Assembly: GCA_040954595.2 (NCBI GenBank)
Contig: CM082594.2
Coordinates: 5,441,319 to 5,505,318 of the forward strand
Reading direction: 5' to 3'
Origin: Balanoglossus misakiensis
Lineage: Eukaryota > Animalia > Hemichordata
Length of the DNA: 64,000 bases
The notes below the pieces were generated by a model. That model was not told the origin of the DNA. It was given only the letters and a program-made list of their open reading frames with translations, and ran no database searches. Numbering within the stretch: position 1 is the stretch's first letter; every line of letters begins with the position of its first letter. The position numbers and the translations under genes were made by a program. Shown in pieces: positions 12,754 to 25,623 of the stretch.

Positions 12754-15700
12754 TTACAGCTCATCTCTGAGAGGCACTTCCTCTAAATCGGGACACAGCT
12801 CTGTAAAATAAACATATTTGACATTGTACTCATTCTAAACACTTCTTGGTTAAAAAAATCCTTCAAATACACAATGGACAATATTACAAAGAAGTATGCA
12901 TGCTTTGACGTTTCACAGCGTTTCAGTTGAAGAATCTGACAGCCTGTTATTTGCAAGTAGCGGCAAACCTTTCAACCGAGTGTCATAAAAAATTAACAAC
13001 AGGGGAGCAATTAAAAATTTATCAAAAGTGTAATATTTGCTGATGCTTTTGCAGGAAGCAGCGTAACTCTAACTTTGAATATTAAAAAAAGCATGGGTTG
13101 TGAATGGAAATGTTGGAGTGGTTTTGGCTTGTGGATGAAATAAGAAACACTAAGTGAGGTGCAAATGAATCTGTTACTGTTTGTATGATTATCAAGAAGG
13201 TAAAAGTCACAGATTGATGCTCTGATCAAGAGGTCAGTATGCAAATTGGGAGGTCACCATGAAAATGAAGGGCCAACATGGAATCTTTAGAACTGGCGAA
13301 GTGAATCAGCTCAACTGCCAATATTTGAAATTTCAAATTTCTGAAAACACACATACATCATATCATATGGAATATTGTGAAAGACAAAGTCTGAGTGGAT
13401 GATCTTTTGCAAATAACATTCCAGCAATGATGACTTTAGCAAAAGCATTCTGAGGAAACACCATCACATTCAATTTTCGTTTTTTGCTAATGGCTCCATT
13501 AGAAAGAAACAAATGCAATTACAGAGGCAAAGGAAGTGGGACAATTCGATACACAAGGACTGCGCTCAATTCCTGAGAAGACATGGCTGAAACCTGGAAC
13601 TATTTTTTTCTGATGTTAGACAAAAAATATTCAGCTCTTTGATATATTTTGCTTTGTGTTGTGTGCATTGATTTATGTCAAATAATATAAGATTAAAAAT
13701 CTTCACTGCAACTACAGATCACATTTATGCGAGCTGGTGAACAGCAAATAAAAATGGACGTATGGACGCAATAAACATGGCTGAGCTATGAATTCATTTT
13801 TATTTCTCTGCACGTCAGACAGCCCTGTGAGACGCACTCAAATGCACAATTTCTGTAAACTACTATGAGCGCAGGAATCAAAGCGCTTAGAGAGAAGAAA
13901 AAAAATGTGTCATTTGAGACAAGCAGAGCAGCTGCACGTCGCATCTTGAATAGTCGAGGCGGGAGGGTCGCAACATGAAAAATTCATGCCCGCTGTTAGA
14001 AACGCTTGACTTCAGCGGAAATTGGTCAAGCAAAAATGATGACATGCACAACAGGAAATGATGACATCAAGCACGGGAAATTGACCATGAGAAACCGACG
14101 CAATCACTGCTCTGAGTGTTATGAAACACTTGCACCATAAAATAGGGTGGGAATATTTCCAGAACCATCAGGGATTCATATTCTGTCATCAATATATTTC
14201 CTGAAATAACATGTAGCTATTGTAAATCCCTGCTCATTTCTGCTTACCATTTAATGTGCGCCGGCTTCAACATTTATTTGAAATAAAATTAAAATTTGCA
14301 TCTACACCCATACCGCAGCACCATTTACAACTTTTAGATAATTATTAAGGTATAAAAATTACTATGGATAAACAGGACTTCAAAATGACAAATCCCATTC
14401 AATCACAAAAAATCACAGCATGATACGTGTGTAATGAATGGAGAGAGGATATTGAAACCCTACTTCATGTAAAACCACAATGTAAAGAAAGGTATTTCTA
14501 TCACAAAGCGAACATTCTATTGCAGAATACAAAGACTGACTGCAAGCCATCAATCTGATGCCACAAGCCATTCTTCTATTCTCATGAACAGGAATAGGAA
14601 TAACCAATCAGGTATGATATACTAGTACATGCACACCGATTGTGTCGGTTGAGGGCGCTCTCACTGTCAAAAAGCCATGATCCTGAGTGCTGAAGTGTCC
14701 TTTTGGATTATCTTCAGTTGCGTCTCACCTGTCAAGCCTATGCAATGTTTGATTTCTTTTACCTGCCAAATTTTGAGAAAATCATCCAAAAGAATCACCA
14801 ATGGTGGGCAATTCTACAATTTAGTTCCCATCTGCCATTACAGTACATTACTGTGCATGAATAATTGATTACTCTACGCCAGTGCGGTACTTCAAGCATT
14901 TACGAGTACAGAGCGAAGCGAAGACAGAATACATCTTCCACCCATCTACACTGTCGTAAATGGTAAAGCATGTAGACAGTAATGGATCGGTGAACACGCT
15001 GAGGTAATTGATTTGACAAAATGTGAGTTGTCTGGAATGTACAGACGGTGAGCGAGAGTTGATGCGACTGTGTGCAAATGGATGCATAAGGTGCAATGTG
15101 TGTTCTTAGTGATGGGGGAATTATCTCTGTTGTTCTGAACTGTGACACGAGAAACAAACTCACCCGCATGGTGTCCGCACAATTTGTTGTGAACATTCTT
15201 GTGTTTGTTCATAAGTAAATGAAGGACTTCATCTTCATGATCATCGAGGATGCTCTCGCACTGTGAAAATTTAACAAATCATAAAATCATCATAACCGTG
15301 ATTCAAATGATGTTGAATAGATAATCAAAGCATGCCTTTTGGGTAGTACCTTACCCTGGGGTATGCATTGTTAGACACAAGGACAGACACACAGGAATAC
15401 TACTCACAGCGAATTTCAACATTTTGGAAGTTTCAGCATTGATGGAAATATTTGTAAGTTCTCTGGGTTCCGATTCCCCTTCTCTGCTGTTGAACCTGAC
15501 GTATGTTTTTTTCTCGGTGGTCGGATCTTTGCTCTCGGCGTAGTCGTTCATCTTCTCACAGATGGTCTCCAAAAGTTCCATCAGGTGGGTTTCTGAAGTT
15601 GCATATGGAATCTGGGGAGATATTGGACAGTTTAAAAAACAAACAGTGTTATTGACATATGATAACATCAGGAATGACAAGTTTAAAGGTATGAAAAAAG

Positions 15701-16399
15701 AAATTTCTGATTTGAACATAGATGGCGCCATCTCCCAGTTTGGCTCCCAGTATAGTAAACAGCTGGCAGAAATAAAGAATCAGATGATCACAAAAGCCCT
15801 TTAAAACCGAATAAGTCAAACAACAATCAATCAGAAGTGTAATCAGTGACCTTAACTTATTAATGCATGCACAATTTCGCACAAAGTTATTCAAGTTTAG
15901 TAATGTCGTGGAAAAGAGAAAAAAAAAATGCAATGATAAAGAAGTCCCACATTCCATACCTTGGTCTGTTTCTGGGTCCCATCAGGCTGAACTCTGAACG
16001 ACCCCACTTCAAGCATTTCCCTGGGATCTACTTGTTGAATTGCATACTCTAGCTCATCGACCAATGCCATACAAGCTATTGATAATCAATAATATATGCA
16101 TTAAATATAGCATTCTTACTGTAAAATAGATCAAATAAAAATACAATACAAAAAACTCGCCACAACTGTGATAAGATTAAGAAAATCAAATCAGTTTTAG
16201 TTTGTCCTTTTATTTGATCAGTATCAAATCAGCATACCGCATGACAATAGTACAACATGTACTGTACTTCCTGCAATTGTGTACACAAAAAGATATTGAG
16301 TATACCTCCACAATACAGTTCTGGGTCCCTTCTGCCGACCACCGACTGGTAATACAGACAGGTAAGTACAATGACGACAAAAACTCCTCCCCTGCGCAT
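12754..16399 (-). CDS. CNPY2: Protein canopy homolog 2 (saposin-like ER protein), 5 coding exons
   Basis: Minus-strand exons 16399-16306 (signal peptide MRRGGVFVVIVL...RRDPELYCG), 16075-15960 (ACMALVDELEYAIQQVDPRE...GSFRVQPDG), 15611-15408 (IPYATSETHLMELLETICEKM), 15260-15164 (CESILDDHEDE), 12800-12754 (ELCPDLEEVPLRDEL*). Cys pattern matches CNPY2 and the C-terminal RDEL is an ER-retention signal. A probable non-coding first exon ends at 16653. Confidence 0.92.
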
Positions 16400-16652
16400 G
16401 ATCTAGAGAAACAAATTGAGAAACGTACAAAAATCCTCGTAGACGTTTTACAGGAGCTATCAATTTCAGATCAGCTACCCGCACAGATGGTTTTGTTTAG
16501 CAAAGAAGTGTGACGTGGACTTTACTGAGGACGGAAGTTCAAGAATCTCGCGATAATTTTAAAGTTTGGGACCTGACATTGACAGATCTCATTGTGGAAG
16601 TTGATGGTTTGACGGAAACCAAAGATCCGCGAATGCAAAACACCGTTCTTAC

Positions 16653-17145
16653 CGCTGCGAAAAGATGGGTTACCGTTCACACAGCTGATGATGATGATGA
16701 TCCCACGATAGCCGGTGTCCCTTGCTTCCGGTATCGTGTTAACTAACGTAAGACGTCACTGAATTTACGACATTACGCCTCGTGCTATTGGGATGTGTTA
16801 TCTCCAATGTGTCTTTAAAATTTTGTTGGGATTGGAACAAGAAAATCATCTCCGGACCTATCTTGCCTTGTCCTGCATGTCTGGGAAACGAATAATAACA
16901 ACTTATCATTTCACGTAAAAGGGTATATCTTTGGAGGGGGAACTCCTGGCCTCGTTTTCGTACACAGTGAGCCGTTCGGAAAGTGCAGGGACATCATCAT
17001 GTAATTGTAAGGTGGGGAAAATTCAATATATGAGTGACTACCGTGGATTGGTGCGTTTGTCACTAGCAGTAAGTTTTGACAGACAAGCTAGGTACATGAA
17101 AGTGATTGTTTTGAACTCGTGACGCAAGTCTGACCGAGCCGAAGT
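16653..17145. promoter_or_regulatory. Bidirectional promoter CNPY2 / FASTKD3
   Basis: Head-to-head genes with <500 bp between the CNPY2 non-coding exon donor and the FASTKD3 ATG; CpG-rich; ETS-type CTTCCGG at ~16725 and CRE-like GACGTCA at ~16752. Confidence 0.65.
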
Positions 17146-20100
17146 ATGTTCAGAGTCCAAGTTTTACGAGGGGCACACTGTTGTGTAAGGAAGGTCGACC
17201 CGTCAGCCTTTGCACGGAGTTTGCAAAACCAGGGTGGTCTGTCGCGAACATACGTCTTGGCTTGTGTTCAGAGGTGTTATGGTCACGACAGGCGAGCACT
17301 GGGACAACCTGCTTGTAGGCGATTGTATCACAACTATTCTGAGGGTTTCGTCGGAACTGTTCATATCAGCACCAATCAGAACACGATACTGGGTAACACG
17401 GTGGTTTTGATTGGTTCAGAGGTCGAGGGCAAGGAACATCTGGTTGGCTCCTTCTCTAGAACTGCAAGCGGAGATCTCTTCGGAAAAGAACTCGAAAAGT
17501 GCAAGAATTACAAAGAGATTTTGAACCTAGTAGAATCAAGAAAGACTCAATTGACGTTACAAAATGCAGTGACAGCAATCATGCAATTATCCAAAATGCA
17601 CAGTAAACTCGAAAATGCACGACACAAAGTTACAGGGAGGCCGGGTTTCCATGACATTTGCCGTGTCATCATGACTGCAGAGGTGGACTTTGACACCATG
17701 GCTAAAGTTTTAAAAGCGGCAGCTCTTTTAAATTTAGGCAAAAATCACGAACTGTCGGTGCATTTGTGCAAGCTTGTTAAAAAGAGCCTGGACGCCAAGG
17801 AATTAAATTTGAGTGAAATAAGCCTGCTGTGTCCACCCGTGTCTAAGTTGCAAAGCGCAGAATCAGCAATCCTCAAACAAGCTGTGAAGGAAATCGAACA
17901 CCGGCAGAAATCAATGGAAACCGCGGACGTGCCGAATGTTTTACGGGCGTTATGTGTGTGCAGAGATGTACCCAAGACACTGCTGTTAAACATCACTGAT
18001 TTCATTCACACCAACGCCTCAAAACTCACCAAGTCCGAGCTGAGTCGCACCCTGCACTACCTGACTGCCCTGGACTACGAACACATCGCGTGTATGTTCA
18101 CTTTATCCAAGCAGTGCGCCGAGTTTGCGGCTGAATTCACCGATCACGAATTATCGACGAGCCTCCGGGCGCTGATATACTTCCGAGTCACCCACTCCCA
18201 GCTGCTTAGCAACCTGGAAGAGGCGCTCCTCGGGAAGATCCCGGAAGTCGTACCGGAAACCCTCTCCCGGGTGATGCAGTATTTTGGGTCATGCCGTTTC
18301 CTGTCGCCGCCGTTCTTCGACGCCGTCGCCGCGCACTTCATCCTGAATGCCGAGAAGTTCACATCCGTGCAACTGACCCAACTACTGCTGCCGTTCGGGA
18401 AGCTGAACTACGTACCGGTGTTTGCCAGTGAGATGTTCGACAAGATCGAGGAGACGTTCAACTACCGGTGGTATGAATTCCAGCCTGTGGATATCTTGGA
18501 CCTCGTGCACTCCTTTGTCATGATCGAAAGGTTTCCACTCAACTACACACAAAAGGTGCTCAGTCCACACTTCCTGCAAAAGTTCAAAGGTGAGTTCCCA
18601 GTCACTGTGAATTGTGTAATCTCACTGTTTTCCAAGGAAAATGCTATACTGGTACAACTTGTATAATACACAACTTCCAAGGAAAATACCGGAAATTGTA
18701 TAATTTACTTGTATAGTATTATTCTTGGAAAACAATCTAAAGGAAAATCGATTAGACTTTAATGTCTACTTCATTCCAGAATAATCTGGGGGAAAAACTA
18801 ACAGTATACTGGTATATGTGGTGTTCAGTTGTGTAGCATGTTAGTTTGTTGTGGTGTGATGTACTACACTGTATCATGTTAAATTTAAACTTTTCTTTGT
18901 TAATACAAACCTTACCAGGACCTGGCGGAGTTGATTTTCAAACCAAGTGTCAACTGACGCAGACTGTACTAGCACTCTACCTGGAATGTCCGTCTTACAA
19001 GATACCCAAGTTGCCGTGGCAATACCAGACTCATTTTCTAAACAGGGGATTCGATGCCCTGGAGGTCAAACCCAAGTACATTTATCGGATCCAGCAGAGA
19101 GTTCAAGACTTGCTGGGAGGTGAAGAATTTGTTGCTTTCTGGGTTCCAACTGATAGTCTCTACCACATTGGTAAGTTCATCAGTGTACTTTTGGTACTTT
19201 GCAAAGTTTCTCAGGCTTTTTGTCAATCTGTGACATTATTGGGATATGTCAAATCCCGGTACTGTTCATGTGGCTTGTCAGTGGTGTGGGACGATATATG
19301 TCAGTATTGGTTTGGCATTATAAAGTTTCAAACTTTGTGAAATTGATTTGATACTTCTCAAAGTTAATGGGCTTTGGCTATGAGTCGTAAAATAAAATAT
19401 ATAACATCATTAATAACACCAGTAACAAACAGTTACATCTTCTTGTTTTCATCACCCATGTAGATATACAGATAAAATTAGACAAAGATGGATTTGTTTT
19501 ACCGTCGCATCAAGAAGAAGGCGTGCATACCTTGTAAGTATGTTATCATACAGTTGTATGTGTACATGCATGAAACCACTTTTAAGGTGAACTCAGTAAT
19601 ATATACGTGTATATTGCACAATCAAGATGTTGACAAAAGAGTATCACAAAAAGTACATTGTCAAAAAGTACATTTTCTTGCCATGTTGGAATCCTATTTA
19701 TTGGTAATGCATCATATCCTTTGCAGCAATTGATGCTCTAGTCCTGTTCTTTGTGTCTTATCACAGGGTGGCATTGTGTGTGACTGAGCTGGACCGCCAT
19801 TGTGTGAATTGTCATCATTTGACTGGTGCTGAGGCAATGAGGCAAAGACACCTGCGTCTGCTGGGATACCATGTGATAGAGGTCAGAGACAACATTAGGA
19901 AATGTCACTAAAAAAAATCCTACAAAATCTTGGAATTTTGAATGACTTTGAGTCAATAAATACTTAAATTCATTTTCATGAATGTTGAAATTTTGTGACT
20001 GAGTTGTAATTACAGTCATAGATCTCAGTTTTATACTGATGTTTATGCTGTTTATATTTATTTTTTTAATTCTGTGTAATTTCTCCTCAGATTCCATACT

Positions 20101-20189
20101 ACGAACTAGAACAGCTAAAGTCAACTCAGGACTGGCAGAGGTACCTTCACAGGAAAATCTTTCCAACAAGCCCGATGCTGCAGTGGTGA
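17146..20189 (+). CDS. FASTKD3: FAST kinase domain-containing mitochondrial RNA-binding protein, FASTKD3-like, 5 exons
   Basis: Exons 17146-18589, 18919-19170, 19464-19533, 19767-19881, 20091-20189 in frame. Arg-rich N-terminus resembling a mitochondrial presequence; FAST region (QLLLPFGKLNYVP, LDLVHSFVMIERFPLNYTQKVLSPHFLQK); C-terminal RAP domain VALCVTELDRHCVNCHHLTGAEAMRQRHLRLLGYHVIEIPYYE. Confidence 0.85.
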
Positions 20190-21366
20190 ACAGCTATTTG
20201 GAATGAGAAGTCATCCCTGATTGGCTCGTGTAGTGGTAGTCGTCTATTCTAGCCTGCAACTTCCAGTGTGTGCATTTTGATTGTTAGAATGTGTAAATGG
20301 ATATCATGTGTTCTAGGAAAAGAGTTAACTCGAATTTTTTTTTGAGTGAACACGATTGTTCATAATTATATAGTCACAAGCATTAGCAAGGCAAAAGTTG
20401 ACAGATTGGTTCAGTGTGAAATATTTGCATCTCAGAGATGTATATTAACTTGCATTATTTTATGTACCCATGTGGTGAATTATAAAAGTGTGACTGCATG
20501 CGATTTTGCATGTGTGTGCGTGAAATAAAAAGCGATTTAAAATCATTCTGAAGGCGTCTATTGCACTTTATTCCAAAACTTACAAGTAAACTACAGTAAT
20601 TTAGGGATAACAGGTAAATACATGTACCACCAGAAACAAGAGAAAAACTTAACATAAAAGGAAACTTCTCAACAAATTGGTAATACTTCCTCATCTCTTG
20701 CACTGGCGAAGAGATTTATCTGTTAAAATGGTCAGCCTCTAATTTTCAACTCATCAGAGAAATAGAATCTATATAATATGTCTTTGGAGACAAAAACTAT
20801 ACATGTACTTACAAGAACTTTCAGCCTCATTATTCTAGTAACACACACATGCTTTAAAATAGGTGGCGTGCAAGTTACAAATAGAATCATGCATGTTAAC
20901 ACCAATGGTAAACTATTTACAGAACAATTGTCACGGTTCGCTTCTTATGTTATTCATTACAAAATTCAGATATTTGTCAATAATTTAAAATATTTCACAG
21001 TTTGAAAGGGGTGAATAACATATCTGTATTAATCAACATTTCAATCAAAAACCATTTTGAGGTCACATGTAAGTAAGATTTATCAACAACTACGGTACTA
21101 CACAAATCAGTGGTCATTCGGTTGAAATTTGACGAGGAAAATCTACATTCAGGTCTATTTCACCCAGAAAATTTCAGCGCTGTAGATTCTGACACAATCC
21201 TAGACAAGTACTGGGTTTAAATTGTCAAGAAATTCTTTGAAAATTAATAATGAATTCAAAGGTGGGCACCATGATCAGGGTTTTCGCACCGATGGTTCCT
21301 GCCCATAGAGGGCGCATGTCATCCAGGGCGGGTGGGAGTTTGTTCGCCACCTTGCTGTACCCCGGT

Positions 21367-22206
21367 CTATCCTCTGGCGGATCCTAACAGGATGAGAATC
21401 ATCATAAACAAGTTGATGATGTCAAGGTAGAGATTCAGCGCGGCAAAGATGTACTCCTCCGGCGAGATGCTGTATTTGTGCGAGCCGCCCATCATGAGTT
21501 GTGTGTCGATCACCAAATACTACGTACAGAATGAGGAAAAAAAGATCATGTTTACAAAGAGAAACAACCATGCCTTGATGCTGGCTCACATAGAATCGTC
21601 TTGCATATCTTCCAAAAGAATTTTAAAACAGATAACTGATAGATGAATGTACCACTATAATGGGATGTAAGGCAGAAAAAATATGTTTCTTGGTTTATTT
21701 GGCATAGGATCAGGGGCAACAAATGAAATTTATATTTTTATAGATTTTCTTGTTTAATTAATGCAAAAGTAATCGCTGATATTATTGCTTTGAGTGACTT
21801 ACCCCAGCGAATACCAAGGCTCCTAGTGATGCATATACCATGTCCAAAATCTGAAAGATAGCATTATTGAACCCATTAATTTTGCAAGTGTATAAAATAA
21901 TTCTCTATAAGTTCAGCTTAACACTCAAAGCCCAAGAGCTTTGTGGGATTTGAATAACGAAGAGTCAAAATATAAACATACCCTGTTTCTGAAGATGATT
22001 GCTAAAATTCCGAACACCAGCAAAACTATCAGCAGGACAAAAAACAATCCCGTGTAGACAGTAAAGTCAATCTGTAAAGAGATAAACACATCCATTTTAG
22101 TATGTCTTCATTGTTTTTTACTACAAAGTACAAGCTATGAGAACAAAATCAAATGTGAGAACCAGGGATTGAAAATTGTCTTTTTAAATAAAGTACAACA
22201 CACAAT

Positions 22207-22254
<48 letters not shown>

Positions 22255-24092
22255 TGTAACAGCAATAACTAATAACATCTTCAACTCATGCACTGAACGA
22301 CTTACCTTGGTTTGAAATGCAAAAACCGTCAATGCCAGGGCAACAAACTGTTTTGGAATGAAAGAGACACAAGGAGAACTTGAGAATTAGGGTACAAATA
22401 GAAATCTCCAAAGCGAGTATCTGTTTCCAGGTGGATCAATAATGACTGACTCAGCACCGTCACTACCCAGTAGAAGCCATTGATGAATGACTTTGTCAAC
22501 ACATTGCTTGTACTTGGAAAAAAATCCTGTCTACTTGCAGATCATGACCATTGGAATTATTCATATTTTTAGGATTCCTAATAAATAATGCAAATTAAAA
22601 AAAAAAAGGATTTTTTGTAGACTTACAGCGGTGATGCCAGCTGCTATGAGTACCACATCGGTGTCAAAGGTCGAGCAGGCACAACCCAGCAACACACCCT
22701 CGCAAATAGTCTGCAAGAGAAACAACGATAGTCATCAGATCAAATCAGTTTGACATCAGTCTAGCTTCTAGATCTCCCATGTTGGACAAGCACATCAAAA
22801 ACAGCTACATTTCTAACCCTTTCACCCCCACTTTCACATGGATGGGTCCACCCACAGTGAATCAAACACAGGATTGAACCAAACATGGTGGTGAGGGGTC
22901 ACACAAAGCTGTAATATACTCACAAAAAGTCCAAGAAAGATAAAGTTTGTTGGAAACTTCCTTCTGACTTCGGCAAAGCATGCCATGGCAATCAGACAGA
23001 CAAACGTTGTAATTCTAAATATAAACAGAAATGTTCAAGAGATAAATATATTCTTTGAAAAGAATGGTAGTATTTACATGGCAAGTGAGGGCAGTCTCTT
23101 TTTTTGACATCAGAGATAACCTTGCAGATAAAGTGATCCAAGTACTTTCTTTTTACACATACTACAAATTCAGATTTTGAACTCTCACACAACAAGACAG
23201 TCAAAAAATTATGAATACACTTACAGAGCAACCCACCATACCCACGGGTTGTGAAAGGTGTATTCCCTCACTGAATCCCTGTGGCAGAGATAAAATTGCG
23301 AAGTAGGAAAAAGTTACGTCAACACTCATCAGCAGGCCAAAGATTTAACACAATATTCTCATCTGTGCTCCTGCTATATCAGTGTGCATGGTGCATTGTA
23401 GTGAAAAATGTAAAACTTGGCCTCGATCGATGATGATAGGTAAACTGTCAAGCTATGTACATCAGAATCAAGTTGACTGGTAGTGGCTGTTATATACAGG
23501 CATGAGTGACAAGCTTGAATGCCTGGATGATTGATACTAGGCTGGTCCTGAAGTGGAGGCAACGATTTTGAATACTCAAATGTGGACCCGCTTCAAACAT
23601 TACATATCTTTGCCCTGGCAAAGACCGGGTGAGATTTGCCAGTGTGAATCGAACTAATGACAGCATTTTACATGTATGACACATGGTATACATACACAAA
23701 CAGGAATATGCAAATGATCCCCATGGTGACCACAAGCTGTGAGCATAGAATGGCATATACTTTCTTGATGAAGGCTGCAATGTAACAAATAAGATATGGC
23801 ATTAGTATGTGTATGTACATCAAGGCTATACATTGTGTATGAACCACATTCCTACCATTACCAACTGGCCACTCTATAGAAAGTTATTTTGTCTCGAGGC
23901 AAATTTTCTGATAATTTCCTGATGTGTGATTATTATAGATAGTACCAGCTGCTATGGTGACTGACATGTTGCCATGGTAACTCAGTACTCACCATGTCTC
24001 ACTGATTTTTCAGTGAAGGCTTGCGATGAGCTTGTTTCGAACCCTCCCTCATCATCAACAAATGTGTTGTACTCTGGATCCATGCTTTGCAT
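21367..24092 (-). CDS. Lifeguard / TMBIM family (GRINA/FAIM2/TMBIM1-like) Bax-inhibitor-1 domain protein, 9 coding exons
   Basis: Minus-strand exons 24092-23993 (..FTEKSVRH), 23774-23696 (AFIKKVYAILCSQLVVT), 23278-23225, 23014-22924 (EVRRKFPTNFIFLGLF), 22710-22627, 22347-22306 (LTVFAFQTK), 22071-21982 (IDFT), 21850-21803, 21519-21367 (YLVIDTQLMMGGSHKYSISPEEYIFAALNLYLDIINLF). Phases are consistent. The start Met could be 24092 or 24083. Confidence 0.9.
22207..22253. repeat. (ATC)n microsatellite in TMBIM intron
   Basis: Uninterrupted atc run. Confidence 0.95.
22814..22900. mobile_element. ~90-bp piggyBac-like MITE copy (degenerate)
   Basis: taaccctttcaccccc...aaccaaacatggtggtgaggggt; same family as the copies at 45580, 55741 and 59889. 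Confidence 0.65.
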
Positions 24093-24839
24093 TTGTGATT
24101 TCGATCAACTACAAAACCCTGAAAAGAGACAGAATGAAGGAATAAATTTATGAAACAGTAAATCCACGTCAGGTACGTGTATGTGGATATGCAAAAATTA
24201 TGAAGTCGGCCATCTAAAAGTCATCTGGTCAATAGCGCTTTGTACATGTACATTGTACATATGTACTTGGTTTTAATAGACACTGTAATGTGATTAATAA
24301 GATCATATCAAAACATTATGAGAATGTGTACTATGACTAATGACATGCACATTTTGATGTTTACTGAAGGTTTCAAAATATTTTCAGTGGATTAAATACA
24401 AATTGAATCAATTTGCAATGCAGCTATTCAAAAATTGAGTAAACAGAGTTAGGTAATAATGATTTAAATATATACGAATTGTGCCTCAAGTGCGGGTAGA
24501 AAATATCTGATAACAGAAACACTCATGAAAGTTTAATGAAGAAATACCCACATAATTTCTAAAGATAGCGACTTTACCCAAACGAAACCGAAAGTTAACC
24601 CGCATGATAACCCCCTACAATTATGATCATGCAGGTACAGGTTTTATACATCTACGGTGTTGTACTATGATACTGAGGTTGAAGACTTGAGTTACATTTT
24701 CTTGAAAAATGTTTTTCAAAGGTCAAAAAGCCAGACTTTGCAAGGTGGCTTTGCAAAATCCCAAAGCAATTATACAATATCACCATTGTAAAAAATGTAA
24801 CAAACATATATAATCTCTTTTCATTGATCGGCTACAATT

Positions 24840-25620
24840 ACCTGTTACGTTTTCGGCAAATCTCAGAATATTGTTTAAAAACGTACCTCTCAATAAAAAC
24901 GTGGGGCCTGCGACACCGTCCTGTGACAAAGCGAATTGTCAACGATCAAAAATAATAAAATATCATGCAATATATCAGCTACACCATCACCTGATCACAC
25001 CGACTGATTCGCGAATGACTGTGGGTCACGGGAAGGTCAAACAGTACTTCCGGGTATTAAAACCCTCTAAGTAAGTATATTTTGTCAAAATAGTAATTTC
25101 TTCATTCTTCTCACTTTAATCTTGCTAATCACATTTCACTTCTGTTTTATCAAAGTAAATATCTTCTGCTAGACGTGAGAGATATTTCAAATAATGTTAT
25201 ACAGCTGAATGCACCCTTGAATTAGTTAGAATTTTCAACGAACAGTTAAGGGGCCGCAGAGAACCACTATGATCAATACCATTACAAAGACGGGAGGTAG
25301 ATTCGTAAGGCCATTAAAAAAGAAGAAAATTACCCGGTATGGAGGAACTTTTCAAACATGAACTGTAAAAATGAAATATAAAATCTGTTAATTGCATCAG
25401 AAGATACATTTTTGATGTTTTTGATGAGGAAAGAAATGTTTGACCCTCGTCGACAAAACAGCCATACCTGTTATTGAAATGAAACAATCCAAGTAACATG
25501 CAGATATTACGCGCCATTTCGAAAACAGCTGAGTGAGATCCATTTCTTGCTTTGTCAGGTTTCAAAATATGATATATACATTCCCCAACAAGTAAATATC
25601 AGTGTACATATCTCTGTCTG
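24840..25620. promoter_or_regulatory. Bidirectional promoter TMBIM / DNAJC9
   Basis: Divergent genes; local CpG enrichment; ETS-type ACTTCCGG at ~25046. Confidence 0.55.
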
Positions 25621-25623
25621 AAA

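Noticed and set aside
14036-14115. Box C/D snoRNA candidate in CNPY2 intron (ATGATGA...CTGA)
   Set aside because: It is on the strand opposite the host gene, has no terminal stem, and I saw no rRNA-complementary guide.
14665-14728. Alternative CNPY2 last exon lacking RDEL
   Set aside because: Weak acceptor, lacks the final conserved Cys, and a good terminal exon exists at 12754-12800.
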